NCBI GenBank assembly: GCA_910577645.1
Contig: CAJTOL010000017.1
Coordinates: 696 to 64,695 of the forward strand
DNA length: 64,000 nt
From: an uncultured Lachnospiraceae bacterium
GTDB taxonomy: Bacteria > Bacillota > Clostridia > Lachnospirales > Lachnospiraceae
Reading direction: 5' to 3'
Shown: piece by piece, positions 1 to 9,184 of the stretch
How positions within the stretch are numbered: position 1 is the stretch's first letter
How the letters are laid out: the number at the start of each line of letters is the position of its first letter
Translations under genes and position numbers: made by a program
The notes under the pieces: generated by a model
What the model was told of the DNA's origin: nothing
Database searches by the model: none
The model's input: only the letters and a program-made list of their open reading frames with translations

Positions 1-17
1 TAAGCCATACATACTTT

Positions 18-806
18 ATGCTGAATACGGCACAGGCAAAAATGGCGGATATTTGCGTATCGCTGGCATTCAGCCAGCAAAATAATTACAAGTGCCCCTG
101 TCTCAATGGCAGGGGCAGGAAAGGAGATAAAAAATGGGGAATCTTGATTCTTAAGATTCTAGCTATCCTAATTTTAACCGTATGCACAGGCATGGTTATC
201 TTTATTCTTGCCAGTGCAATAATTAGTAATCTCGAAAAAATCATCATTACCATTGGCTCTGTCGACTGTATTACAGCTATTTTCCTTAACTTTTTTAAGA
301 AGAAAGAGCCTGCCCCGGCGTTACCAGACAACTCTATCATAGAATATGACCCTATTTCTTTGGAATCCACCTATAAGATGCTCCGCCAAAACCTTTGTTC
401 TGTGATTGGGGATACCGCAGAAATTACCAAGTTGAGAAAGCCTGTAACGTTAAGCCAGGTGGATGCTCCTACACATTTTGATATTGTTTCGAAATGTGCC
501 ATTTATCACTTCCTTGTTCTAAAGCTGGCCGAAGAGATTGACCCCTTTACAATTACAGGTATTCTTCAAAATGCTATCGAACAGCGGCTAAATAACAATG
601 AGGCTGAAGGCATAACACAAACCAGTTTTTTCTATAACGGGCAAGTCTATCCATCCATTATGGTTGACAGGGTTCAAGATCTTGGCAACTACATCCAGGT
701 GGATGTCGCGATTGCAAGCGAATATTATTGCAAATACCGCGAGCGCCGTATTTACAATAACATGGCTCAATCCAATTCCGGAAGGCCGCAGGATAAATAT
801 TTCTAA
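18..806 (+). CDS. Hypothetical membrane protein of the integrated element
   Basis: 262-aa ORF with a hydrophobic stretch (ILILKILAILILTVCTGMVIFILASAII). Its stop overlaps the next start (TAATGATG), suggesting translational coupling. The start codon is uncertain. Confidence 0.45.
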   Translation: MLNTAQAKMADICVSLAFSQQNNYKCPCLNGRGRKGDKKWGILILKILAILILTVCTGMVIFILASAIISNLEKIIITIGSVDCITAIFLNFFKKKEPAPALPDNSIIEYDPISLESTYKMLRQNLCSVIGDTAEITKLRKPVTLSQVDAPTHFDIVSKCAIYHFLVLKLAEEIDPFTITGILQNAIEQRLNNNEAEGITQTSFFYNGQVYPSIMVDRVQDLGNYIQVDVAIASEYYCKYRERRIYNNMAQSNSGRPQDKYF

Positions 807-1552
807 TGATGAAAAACATTGAATTATTTATCCAGGAAGATTTTTATCATCATGGAGTCATGCAGTATGTTCCTTGGAATCCGGCCACAGCTCCGCATAT
901 TGTAATATTCGGGGCCACCGGAACTGGCAAAACCTATGCCACCAAGTTAATGCTGGGCCGTATTTCCATACAATGCCCAGATTCCTGTATCTATGTATGT
1001 GATTTTAAAGGCGATTCCGATTTTTCCTTTTTAGAGGGGGAATCCCGTTTCTTCCGGTTCTTCGATTGTGAAAAAGGGCTGTCCATCTTCTATGATGAAT
1101 TCCAAAAGCGCCAGTCCGGCCAGGACAGCCGCCGCCATTTCCTGCTCCTCTTTTTTGATGAATGGGCCAGCTATATACTAAACCTGGATAAAAAGAAGGC
1201 AGAGGACGAAAAGAAAAAGCTGGCTTCTTTATTAATGCTGGGACGTTCCTTTAACGTCCATGTACTTATCAGCCAGCAGAGGGTAGACGCTTCTTATTTT
1301 AACGCCGCACGGGATAACTTCAATTTGGTAGTTGCCCTGGGCAACTTATCAGAAGAGGGGAAGGAAATGATGTTCCGTGAATTTAAAGACAGGATGAAGC
1401 CAGACCGGAAACAGGGAACCGGTTACATGCTTACCAACGGGACGGATTTTACCCCTATTCTGGTTCCATCTATCTCCAACATGGAACGCCTGCACCACTG
1501 TATCAAGCAGGCTGTAACCCGTTTACCTTTGCCGGGGGCGTGCAAAGCGTAA
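806..1552 (+). CDS. FtsK/SpoIIIE-like (TcpA/Orf21-type) P-loop DNA-translocase/coupling ATPase
   Basis: Walker A is IVIFGATGTGKTY (about 911..934) and Walker B-like is LLLFFDEWAS. Size and context are typical of small conjugative or mobilizable elements. Confidence 0.7.
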   Translation: MMKNIELFIQEDFYHHGVMQYVPWNPATAPHIVIFGATGTGKTYATKLMLGRISIQCPDSCIYVCDFKGDSDFSFLEGESRFFRFFDCEKGLSIFYDEFQKRQSGQDSRRHFLLLFFDEWASYILNLDKKKAEDEKKKLASLLMLGRSFNVHVLISQQRVDASYFNAARDNFNLVVALGNLSEEGKEMMFREFKDRMKPDRKQGTGYMLTNGTDFTPILVPSISNMERLHHCIKQAVTRLPLPGACKA

Positions 1553-1563
1553 GCCCCCGGTCG

Positions 1564-1582
1564 CAGGCGGCAAAGCCGCCTG
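1564..1582 (+). terminator. GC-rich hairpin downstream of the FtsK-like gene (CAGGCGGC-AAA-GCCGCCTG)
   Basis: Perfect 8-bp stem with a 3-nt loop, 12 nt after the stop codon. No clear T-run follows, so it may be a structural or ori-accessory hairpin instead. Confidence 0.35.
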
Positions 1583-1588
1583 CCCTTA

Positions 1589-1620
1589 CCGAAGTTGTGC
1601 TAGTATTACCACAACTTCGG
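1589..1620 (+). other. Replication/transfer origin-like stem-loop: 11-bp perfect stem with a 10-nt loop containing TAGTATTAC
   Basis: CCGAAGTTGTG (1589..1599) pairs perfectly with CACAACTTCGG (1610..1620). The loop CTAGTATTAC (1600..1609) carries the canonical circovirus/nanovirus nonanucleotide at 1601..1609. It lies about 100 nt upstream of the Rep start. Confidence 0.7.
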
Positions 1621-1721
1621 TGCCAGTGTCAAAAATTAATAAAACCCTTTATTATCAATGGCTCCAGCATATACCCATTTTGTGTCATCTCTGTGCCGGA
1701 GCCATAGAAAGGAACTATCCT

Positions 1722-2629
1722 ATGTCAACAGTCAAAAGAAAGAAAAAAATAATCAATAACCGGCGGAGCCGGAAATATCAGATAACTATTAATAATCCGG
1801 AAAAACACAAAAACTGCTCTCGTCAGGCAATCAAGAAAAAATTAAAACAATGGGAACATATCACCTACTGGTGCATGTGTGACGAGACAGCAGAGGAAAA
1901 CCGTTCTTATATTTTAAAAGAAGGAAAATGGAAGGATACGGAAAAAAGGAGACCAATCTGAGAGATACCTTTGAAGAATGGGGAACCATGCCCAAGGCAG
2001 GACAGGGGAGGCGCAATGATTTAGCAAATCTTTACCAGATGATTAAAGACGGATACTCCAATGTTGAAATTATGGAAATGAATCCAGACAATCTTTTAAA
2101 TCTGCAACACATAGACAAGGCCCGTCTTGAAATCCTGTCCAATCAGTACCGGACACAAAGACGTACCAATCTCCTTGTTACTTACGTATCCGGCCCCACC
2201 GGCTACGGAAAATCCAGACAGATTTTAGACACTCATGGAGATTCCGACGTCTATCGTGTAACAGATTACAAACACCCCTTCGATACTTATTCAGGAGAAG
2301 ATGTACTTGTATTTGAGGAATTCAGGAACGATCTGCCTATTGGAATCATGCTGAATTATTTGGATATTTATCCTTTGCAGCTTCCAGCCCGTTACAATAA
2401 CCGGCAGGCGTGCTATAACTTTGTTTATCTGGTTTCAAATTGGAAACTGGAAGACCAATACCACAATATCTCTTCCGAACAGCCAGCTACATGGAAGGCA
2501 TTTATCCGGCGAATTCACAAAATACGTATCTATACGTCCCCTGGAATATGGACAGAATTTAACACGAATGACTATCTGAACGGTTTCCGACCGGCAGATA
2601 TCAATGAAGTACCTTTTAATAACAATTAA
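1722..2629 (+). pseudogene. CRESS-like rolling-circle Rep (HUH endonuclease + SF3 helicase), disrupted by a frameshift and apparently lacking motif II
   Basis: Motif I is YQITINNPE and motif III is YILKEGKW. No HUH motif is seen between them. SF3 Walker A is GPTGYGKS, Walker B is VLVFEEF and motif C is LVSNW. The two ORFs (1722..1961 and 1928..2629) join if the A6 run at 1942..1947 is read as A7. Confidence 0.65.
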
Positions 2630-2812
2630 TTAAAAACAGGCATTGGAATATCCTAATTATATAACTATCATTATAATAAATAACATTACTATTTTAAAAA
2701 CCTATTTAAAAATATTCTATCTTATCATTCATTAATTATTAATCATCTCATTCATTATCAAATAAATTTCCAAAAATCTTTTCATTCCTTCGCCTGCTTT
2801 AAGGTGATGTAA

Positions 2813-4027
2813 ATGGACACTTTAAAAAATCCTTCAGAAACTTTTCCTCTTTCTTTATTGAAAGATGCCATAGACTACGGTATAATTTCTGTAGACAGTG
2901 TGCTTGGTACGCTTATGTCTACAAAAAGAGAGAAAATCAAAAAAATACATGCCTATGCAATCACTCCGCCATCCAAAGAAGGCGGCCGCTGGCAGACCTG
3001 CTACAAAGGGCCTGACGGCAGGCGTAAAAATATCAAAGCACATTCAGAAGAAGAGTTATTGGATAAACTAATTCCTATCTACTTCCAAAACCTGCACCTT
3101 GACAAAATGACGTTTCATGAACTATATGAAGAATGGCTGGAATACAAAAAGGGCGTAACCAACAGCCCCAATACCATCAAGCGCCATAAACAGCACTACC
3201 GGAAATATTTTGAACCATCTTCACTGGATGGAAAGAAGATCCGTCATGTAGATGAACTTCTGCTAGAGGCAGAGTGCAACCGCATTGTCAAAGAATTTAA
3301 CCTTCCGCGTAAAGAATGGTGCAATATCAAAACGATTCTGAATGGCATGTTCGAGTATGCCGTTAGAAAAAAATATCTGACAGAAAATCCTATGGATAAG
3401 GTGAAGATACTTGTAAAGTTTAAGCAGGTGGTAAGGAAGACCGGCAAAACAGAGACCTATAATTCGGATGAATTGAAGGAATTGAACCTTTACCTTGACT
3501 GTATGTATATGGAAACAGGAGACAGGGCCTTTCTGGCTGTCAAACTGAACTTTCTGCTGGGCCTGCGTGTTGGAGAACTGGTAGCTTTAAAGTGGGAGGA
3601 TTACTGCAACATCAACCATCTTCATATCGTGCGTGAAGAAGTTAGAAATCAGGATACAAACCAATATGAGATTGTAGAACACACCAAGACAAACCGCGAC
3701 CGTTTTGTGGTTCTGGTTCCAAAGGCAGTCAATCTTTTACAAAAGCTGGACCGGGACGGAGACTATATTTTCATGAGGGACGGAAACCGTATTACTTCAA
3801 GACAGATAGCTTATGTCCTAGAAAAATACGCACAGCGTCAGGGAGTAGCAACCAAGTCCACCCACAAGATGCGGAAAACCTTTGCCAGCAACCTAAATGC
3901 CAACGGAGTGCCATTAGACTGTATACGGGAACTGTTAGGGCACAGCAGTCTATCCACAACCTTGGGCTATATCTACAATCCATTGACGGAAAAAGAGACT
4001 TATGACCTCATTTCCAAAGCTTTGTAG
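2813..4027 (+). CDS. int: Tyrosine-type site-specific integrase
   Basis: 404 aa. The C-terminal catalytic region has [17 protein letters not shown] and [15 protein letters not shown] (R..H..R..H..Y pattern). It lies adjacent to a tRNA 3' end. Confidence 0.85.
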   Translation: MDTLKNPSETFPLSLLKDAIDYGIISVDSVLGTLMSTKREKIKKIHAYAITPPSKEGGRWQTCYKGPDGRRKNIKAHSEEELLDKLIPIYFQNLHLDKMTFHELYEEWLEYKKGVTNSPNTIKRHKQHYRKYFEPSSLDGKKIRHVDELLLEAECNRIVKEFNLPRKEWCNIKTILNGMFEYAVRKKYLTENPMDKVKILVKFKQVVRKTGKTETYNSDELKELNLYLDCMYMETGDRAFLAVKLNFLLGLRVGELVALKWEDYCNINHLHIVREEVRNQDTNQYEIVEHTKTNRDRFVVLVPKAVNLLQKLDRDGDYIFMRDGNRITSRQIAYVLEKYAQRQGVATKSTHKMRKTFASNLNANGVPLDCIRELLGHSSLSTTLGYIYNPLTEKETYDLISKAL

Positions 4028-4060
4028 CCTGTCTACAACTGTCTACAGCCTGTAGTACAC

Positions 4061-4098
4061 ACAAAAATGCCAGGAACCTTGTATTTTCAAGTCCTGGC
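4061..4098 (-). terminator. Intrinsic terminator of the tRNA-Phe/tRNA-Gly transcription unit
   Basis: GCCAGGA (4069..4075) pairs with TCCTGGC (4092..4098). On the minus strand the hairpin is followed by ATTTTTGT. Confidence 0.6.
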
Positions 4099-4104
4099 AA
4101 AAAA

Positions 4105-4176
4105 AGCGCGAGACGGGATTCGAACCCGCGGCCCCCACCTTGGCAAGGTGGTGCTCCACCACTGAGCCACTCGCGC
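4105..4176 (-). tRNA. tRNA-Gly (anticodon GCC)
   Basis: Hand-folded cloverleaf with acceptor GCGCGAG/CTCGCGC, anticodon stem CCACC/GGTGG with loop TTGCCAA, and T-arm GCGGG-TTCGAAT-CCCGT. 72 nt, CCA not encoded. Confidence 0.9.
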
Positions 4177-4224
4177 ATAATAAAATATAAAATTATCACT
4201 ATAGTACGACACCGCTATAGCCAA

Positions 4225-4297
<73 letters not shown>

Positions 4298-4316
4298 TTC
4301 CTCAAGAACGAGTTTA

Positions 4317-4345
4317 ATTATATTCGATAAAACGATAATTGTCAA
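4317..4345 (-). promoter_or_regulatory. Consensus sigma-A promoter for the tRNA pair
   Basis: On the minus strand the sequence reads TTGACA (4340..4345), a 17-nt spacer, then TATAAT (4317..4322). It sits about 20 nt upstream of the tRNA-Phe 5' end. Confidence 0.7.
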
Positions 4346-4495
4346 GTTCTATTTTGTATTTTTGAAGAAACTTTAAAAAGCTGGTGATTATCCAAAGAGA
4401 TGCTGCAAAATGAAACCAATGGTAATAGACCCCCCTTTACTTCATTTTGCGTCATCTCCTTCTTTTTGTTCTTCCTTCGGCGGGACAATACAGGC

Positions 4496-6334
4496 TTACT
4501 TTCCCATAAATACCACTATTGTTCTGGCCGGAACCATAAAGTGCTTTTGCTTTTCCAGCATCAGCTCTTTTCCTTCTTCGTAAATGCCGTTACGGCTTCC
4601 TTCATTCGTGTTGATCGCTATATGCCATTTCTTACCTTTTGGAAGGTTGGGGAGAGAAAATTCATGAGGCTCCCAGTGCATATTGTAGGCAACAAAGAAA
4701 GAATCATCCGGGGAACCGTCTGCCTTGGCAGCATATTTTCCACAGTACATAATTCCCAGCTGACGGCGGAAGTTCTCGAACTCCGGACACCAGGCTTTCA
4801 CTCCATGATAAGAAACGTCCGGGTGTCCGCAGCCCAAATAATCCATGATCCGGGGCTCCTGAACCATATGGAACACTCCGTGCTTCTTGCGGAATTCAAT
4901 AGCAAATTTCACAAATTCAAATATATCTCTATTGGTATTCAGCAGATTCCAGTTAAGCCACGAGATCTCATTGTCCTGACAATAGGAATTGTTGTTTCCA
5001 CCCTTGGTTCGGCCAAATTCGTCTCCTGCCATAAACAGCGGAACTCCCTGGCTTAATACCAGAAGAAGCACTGCATTGCGAATCTGCTTACGGCGCATTT
5101 CCACCACTTTTTTCTTGCGGGTAGGGCCTTCTACACCGCAGTTCCAGGAAAAGTTGTAATCTACTCCATCCCTGTTGTTTTCACCGTTGGCTTCGTTGTG
5201 CTTTCTATCATAAGACACCATATCCATCAGCGTAAATCCATTTACATTGGCCATATAATTAATGATACCGCGATCTTTGGGATTCCGCCGGCTTCGGTAT
5301 ACCAAGCCGTTAATCTGATCCTCGTCACCCTTTAACAGCCGCCGCATATCCGTCTCAAATCCGTCATTATATTCTGCCAGCCGCTTACCCTGACCGGAGT
5401 TTGCAATTCCCTCCCAGCTGTCTGCCCACAGCTTCACCCGGCTTAAATACGGATCTCTGGCCAAAAGCTCCTTGGGAGCAAAGCCAATGAGATGAAAGCC
5501 ATCTACATGGTACTCTCTGGCCCAATAGCGGGCTACATCCAGGGCATAGGCCGGTTCCTCAAAGCCAGTAAAAAACAAGTCCATTATCAGCTCAATTCTG
5601 GCTTTGTGAAGCGCCTTTATCAGATCCTTCAGCTCATCCGGGTTCTTTTCCCTGCCGGAGCAATAGGAGGCCTTAGGCGCCATACGCTGACCGGTTACAA
5701 ACCCCCAATAGTTCAGTTTTCCCGTAGGTTCATCCTTCTCATAAGGGTTTTTCATGACCCCTTCCGGCATCATAACCTCTTGAAATTCCGTAGCCGGCAT
5801 CAACTCAACTGTAGTAATTCCCAGCTCCTGCAAATAAGGAATCTTTTCCTGAATTCCCGCAAAGTATCCTCTGTTTTCCACTTTAGACGAGGGATGTTTG
5901 GTAAAGCCTCTGGTGTGAATCCGATAAATCACGCTGTTCTCATAGGGGTGTTCTAAAGGCACATCTCCTTCCCAATCATAGGCTTCCGACCGTATCCTGG
6001 CCCTGGAAATATTTTTCACCTGGGCAAAATTCCCCCAAGCTTCCCGGCCTGTAAACGCCTTTCCGTAAGGATCTTCTTTTAAAATCCCATCCATCTCATA
6101 GCAGTATTCTATTCCGATAAAATCCCCGGAAACCGTCATATTCCAGACATCCCCAATCCTGTTTTCCAAGGGAAACAAAAGCCTTGCATCCGGTTTTTTC
6201 CTTCCCCTTGAAAACAGCACCAATGCACATGCCTCACTCCTGGAGACGACAGAAAAATGCGCCCCGCCGTTGATGACCGTAACCCCCATTGGGTAAAACA
6301 TTCTGTCATCTTTCACTATTGTGTACTTTTCCAT
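4496..6334 (-). CDS. GlgX/isoamylase-like GH13 protein with substituted catalytic residues (probable pseudoenzyme)
   Basis: Strong GlgX-like stretches are present (INYMANVNGFTLMDMVSYDRKHNEANGENNRDG; SYCQDNEISWLNW). GH13 regions I-IV read DLFFTG, GFHLIG, LWADSWE and ANVNGFT. I chose the start at MEKYTIV (ATG 6334), but the ORF is open up to 6400. Confidence 0.75.
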   Translation of the reverse strand: MEKYTIVKDDRMFYPMGVTVINGGAHFSVVSRSEACALVLFSRGRKKPDARLLFPLENRIGDVWNMTVSGDFIGIEYCYEMDGILKEDPYGKAFTGREAWGNFAQVKNISRARIRSEAYDWEGDVPLEHPYENSVIYRIHTRGFTKHPSSKVENRGYFAGIQEKIPYLQELGITTVELMPATEFQEVMMPEGVMKNPYEKDEPTGKLNYWGFVTGQRMAPKASYCSGREKNPDELKDLIKALHKARIELIMDLFFTGFEEPAYALDVARYWAREYHVDGFHLIGFAPKELLARDPYLSRVKLWADSWEGIANSGQGKRLAEYNDGFETDMRRLLKGDEDQINGLVYRSRRNPKDRGIINYMANVNGFTLMDMVSYDRKHNEANGENNRDGVDYNFSWNCGVEGPTRKKKVVEMRRKQIRNAVLLLVLSQGVPLFMAGDEFGRTKGGNNNSYCQDNEISWLNWNLLNTNRDIFEFVKFAIEFRKKHGVFHMVQEPRIMDYLGCGHPDVSYHGVKAWCPEFENFRRQLGIMYCGKYAAKADGSPDDSFFVAYNMHWEPHEFSLPNLPKGKKWHIAINTNEGSRNGIYEEGKELMLEKQKHFMVPARTIVVFMGK

Positions 6335-6368
6335 CTCTGCCTCATCTCCCATATCTCTTTGTAATGGT

Positions 6369-8228
6369 TTACTGCGCTGCAATCTTTTCGGCCAGCTCAT
6401 TCAGATACATCCACCGATCCATCCGTTCCTCCAATTTGGCCTCTTTTTGTTCTTTTTCCCCTATCAATTCCTGAAGTTTGCCATAATTGCTGGAAGCCCC
6501 TTCCATTTTCTTTTCCAGATCCTGAATCTCTTCCTCCAAAAGAGAAATTTCTTCCTCAATACTCTCCCATTCCTTCTGCTCTTTGTAAGAAAATTTAAGC
6601 TTTCGCCCCTGGCGTCTGGTGGCTTCAGAGCTGGCTTTCATCCCGTCAGTCTCCAAATCGCCGTCTTTTCCGGCAGCCTTACTTCCTGCCCTGTCTTTCT
6701 GCCCTTCCGGTATACCGCTGTCAGAATCCCCCCTTAGCAGCCGCTGTTCCAGAGCTGCCTGATAATCCGTAAAACCGCCTTCATACTGGCGCACTTCACC
6801 GTCTCCTTCAAATGCAAAGATCCGACGTACCACCCGGTCCAGAAAATACCGATCATGGGATACTGTCACCACAATCCCCTGAAAACTGTCCAGATAGTCC
6901 TCCAGAATAGTCAGCGTCTGAATGTCCAGATCGTTGGTAGGCTCGTCCAGCAGAATCACGTTGGGGGCATCCATAAGAATCCGCAACAGATACAATCTGC
7001 GCCGCTCGCCGCCGGATAGCTTTCCAATGACCGTATACTGCATGTGGGACGGAAATAAAAACCGCTCCAGCATCTGGCTGGCGCTAATGCTTCCATCCCT
7101 GGTTTTTACATACTCCGCCACATTTTTAATATAATCAATTACCCGCAGAGTTTCGTCCATCTCCTCGTTTTCCTGGGAAAAGTATCCCATTCGGACAGTC
7201 TGCCCAATCTCAATGGTTCCGCTATCCGGCTCCACCCAGCCTGCAATCATTTTCATCAGGGTGGACTTCCCTGCCCCGTTGGGGCCAATAATCCCGATTC
7301 GGTCGTCTTTCAGGAAAATATAGGTAAAATCCTTTAGCAGAACCTTATCCCCATAAGACTTGGATAAATCACTAATCTCCACTGTAGTCCGTCCCAAACG
7401 GCTGGCAGCAGATTCCATTTCCACCCTGCCATCTGTCTCCGGGGCTTTTTGATCCCGCAGGGCTTCGTACCGCTGAATATGAGCCTTCTGCTTGGTAGAC
7501 CTTGCTCTGGCTCCCCGCTGCATCCATTCCAGTTCTACCCGCAAAATAGACTGACGTTTGCGTTCACTGGCTGCCGCCATGTCCAGACGCTCTGCCTTTA
7601 ACTTTAAAAATCCCTGGTAATTGGTTTGATAGCTATACAGCTTGCCCTTGTCAAGCTCCACAATCCGGTTGGTCACACTGTCCAAAAAATACCGGTCATG
7701 GGTAATCATCAAAAGCGCGCCTTTAAATTTCTTCAGATATTCTTCCAGCCAATCCGCCATACTGCTGTCTAAATGGTTGGTGGGCTCGTCCAGGATTAAA
7801 AGCTTTGCAGTGGATAAAAGGACGCTTGCCAGGGCTACCCGTTTCTTTTGACCGCCGGACAGAGTTCCCATAAGGGCTTCCTGTTCCGTAATTCCCAGCT
7901 TATTTAACATGGATTTAGCCTGACTTTCAATATCCCAGACATGATCATGACCCTGGTTATCCTTTAAAACCGCCTGTATTACGTTATCCTTTGGATCAAA
8001 TTCCGGATTCTGGGGCAGATAACGGATATCCAGCCCCCGGCTCCTGACCACAGTTCCCTGATCCGGCTCTTCCAGGCCTGCAACAATTTTCAACAAAGTA
8101 GACTTGCCCGTGCCGTTGATTCCAATAAGGCCTATCTTCTCCCCTTCGCTCACGGAAAAGGCAGTATCATCAAAAAGAAGCCTCTCTGTATATGATTTTG
8201 TCAAATGCTCAATGGTCACTATATTCAT
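6369..8228 (-). CDS. ABC-F family ATPase, Uup-like (two ABC domains plus a C-terminal coiled coil)
   Basis: Two Walker A motifs ([18 protein letters not shown]) and two LSGG signatures ([16 protein letters not shown]). It has no TM domain and ends in a lysine/glutamate-rich coiled-coil tail. Confidence 0.85.
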   Translation of the reverse strand: MNIVTIEHLTKSYTERLLFDDTAFSVSEGEKIGLIGINGTGKSTLLKIVAGLEEPDQGTVVRSRGLDIRYLPQNPEFDPKDNVIQAVLKDNQGHDHVWDIESQAKSMLNKLGITEQEALMGTLSGGQKKRVALASVLLSTAKLLILDEPTNHLDSSMADWLEEYLKKFKGALLMITHDRYFLDSVTNRIVELDKGKLYSYQTNYQGFLKLKAERLDMAAASERKRQSILRVELEWMQRGARARSTKQKAHIQRYEALRDQKAPETDGRVEMESAASRLGRTTVEISDLSKSYGDKVLLKDFTYIFLKDDRIGIIGPNGAGKSTLMKMIAGWVEPDSGTIEIGQTVRMGYFSQENEEMDETLRVIDYIKNVAEYVKTRDGSISASQMLERFLFPSHMQYTVIGKLSGGERRRLYLLRILMDAPNVILLDEPTNDLDIQTLTILEDYLDSFQGIVVTVSHDRYFLDRVVRRIFAFEGDGEVRQYEGGFTDYQAALEQRLLRGDSDSGIPEGQKDRAGSKAAGKDGDLETDGMKASSEATRRQGRKLKFSYKEQKEWESIEEEISLLEEEIQDLEKKMEGASSNYGKLQELIGEKEQKEAKLEERMDRWMYLNELAEKIAAQ

Positions 8229-8980
8229 CGAATCACCAGCTCTACCGGGCAGTGGTCTGACCCCATGATCTCCGTGTGGATAGATGCGCTCTCAAGCCTG
8301 TCCTCCAGCACCTTGGATACGCAAAAATAGTCGATACGCCACCCTGCATTTTTTGCTCTGGCAGAAAAACGGTAGGACCACCAGGAATAGGCTCCTTCCT
8401 GATCCGGGTAAAACCAGCGGAATGTATCCAAAAAGCCGGCGGCTAACAAACTGGTAAACTTATTTCTCTCTTCATCGGTAAATCCGGCATTTTTTCGATT
8501 GGTTTTAGGATTTTTCAGATCAATTTCTTTATGGGCAACATTTAAATCACCGCAGAAAATCACCGGCTTTTTCTCTTCCAGTTTCTTTAAATATGCTAAA
8601 AAAGCGTCCTCCCAGGCCATCCGGTAGTCCAGTCTGGCCAGGCCATCCTGAGAGTTAGGCGTGTAGCAGGTCACCACATAATAATTCTCAAATTCCGCAG
8701 TAATCACCCTTCCCTCGTGGTCATGCTCCTCCACGCCTATGCCGTAAGCCACAGACAAAGGCTCTTCTTTTGTAAACAGGGCGGTGCCGGAATAGCCCTT
8801 CTTTTCTGCATAGTTCCAATATTGGTAATAGCCAGGCAGGTCTAAATCGATCTGGCCCTCCTGAAGCTTACTCTCCTGGATACAGAATACATCTGCATCC
8901 GCTTCTTTAAAATAATCTAAAAAGCCTTTGCCGACACATGCGCGCAGGCCGTTGACATTCCAGGAAATTAACTTTTTCAA
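8225..8980 (-). CDS. xth: Exodeoxyribonuclease III (AP endonuclease, Xth/ExoA family)
   Basis: The N-terminus [14 protein letters not shown], and the motifs [15 protein letters not shown] and SDHCPV, are hallmark EEP-family ExoIII motifs. A 4-nt overlap links it with the upstream ABC-F gene. Confidence 0.9.
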   Translation of the reverse strand: MKKLISWNVNGLRACVGKGFLDYFKEADADVFCIQESKLQEGQIDLDLPGYYQYWNYAEKKGYSGTALFTKEEPLSVAYGIGVEEHDHEGRVITAEFENYYVVTCYTPNSQDGLARLDYRMAWEDAFLAYLKKLEEKKPVIFCGDLNVAHKEIDLKNPKTNRKNAGFTDEERNKFTSLLAAGFLDTFRWFYPDQEGAYSWWSYRFSARAKNAGWRIDYFCVSKVLEDRLESASIHTEIMGSDHCPVELVIR

Positions 8981-9184
8981 TGAGATTCTCCTTTAGGTTA
9001 TAATTGATTTTAGTATAGCATTTTATGGGGAATATTGGAAGGGGATAAACTGGAAAAAGCGGCCCCTGTCAGAAATCTGTTTCTTTCATCCTGCCAGTAC
9101 GCCGCATTTTTGCTTTTTAAAGTGGAACAGACAGAGGCTTTTCTTGCCCCGCCGTCTGAATCGTCACTTTAGAATTATTAAATT

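Larger units (their letters stand above)
1..4104. mobile_element. Right-hand portion of an integrated mobilizable-element-like island ending next to the 3' end of tRNA-Gly. The left end lies outside the window.
   Basis: Co-oriented module of membrane protein, FtsK-like ATPase, ori-like stem-loop, Rep (HUH/SF3) and tyrosine integrase. The integrase stop is 78 nt from the tRNA-Gly 3' end. No att repeat is visible inside the window. Confidence 0.6.

Noticed and set aside
1620-1721. The N-terminal extension of Rep proposed by the ORF track (start at 1620).
   Set aside because: That start is a GTG lying inside the right arm of the ori-like hairpin. ATG 1722 (MSTVKRKKK...) directly precedes motif I and is the plausible start.
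4400-5056. A 218-aa plus-strand ORF. Similar long antisense ORFs occur at 5492..5956, 11092..11583, 18931..19443, 24335..24903, 31794..32327, 40204..40800, 61255..61710 and 62178..62675.
   Set aside because: All lie entirely inside, and antisense to, long genes with clear family signatures. They have no RBS and a low-complexity or odd composition. They are shadow ORFs.
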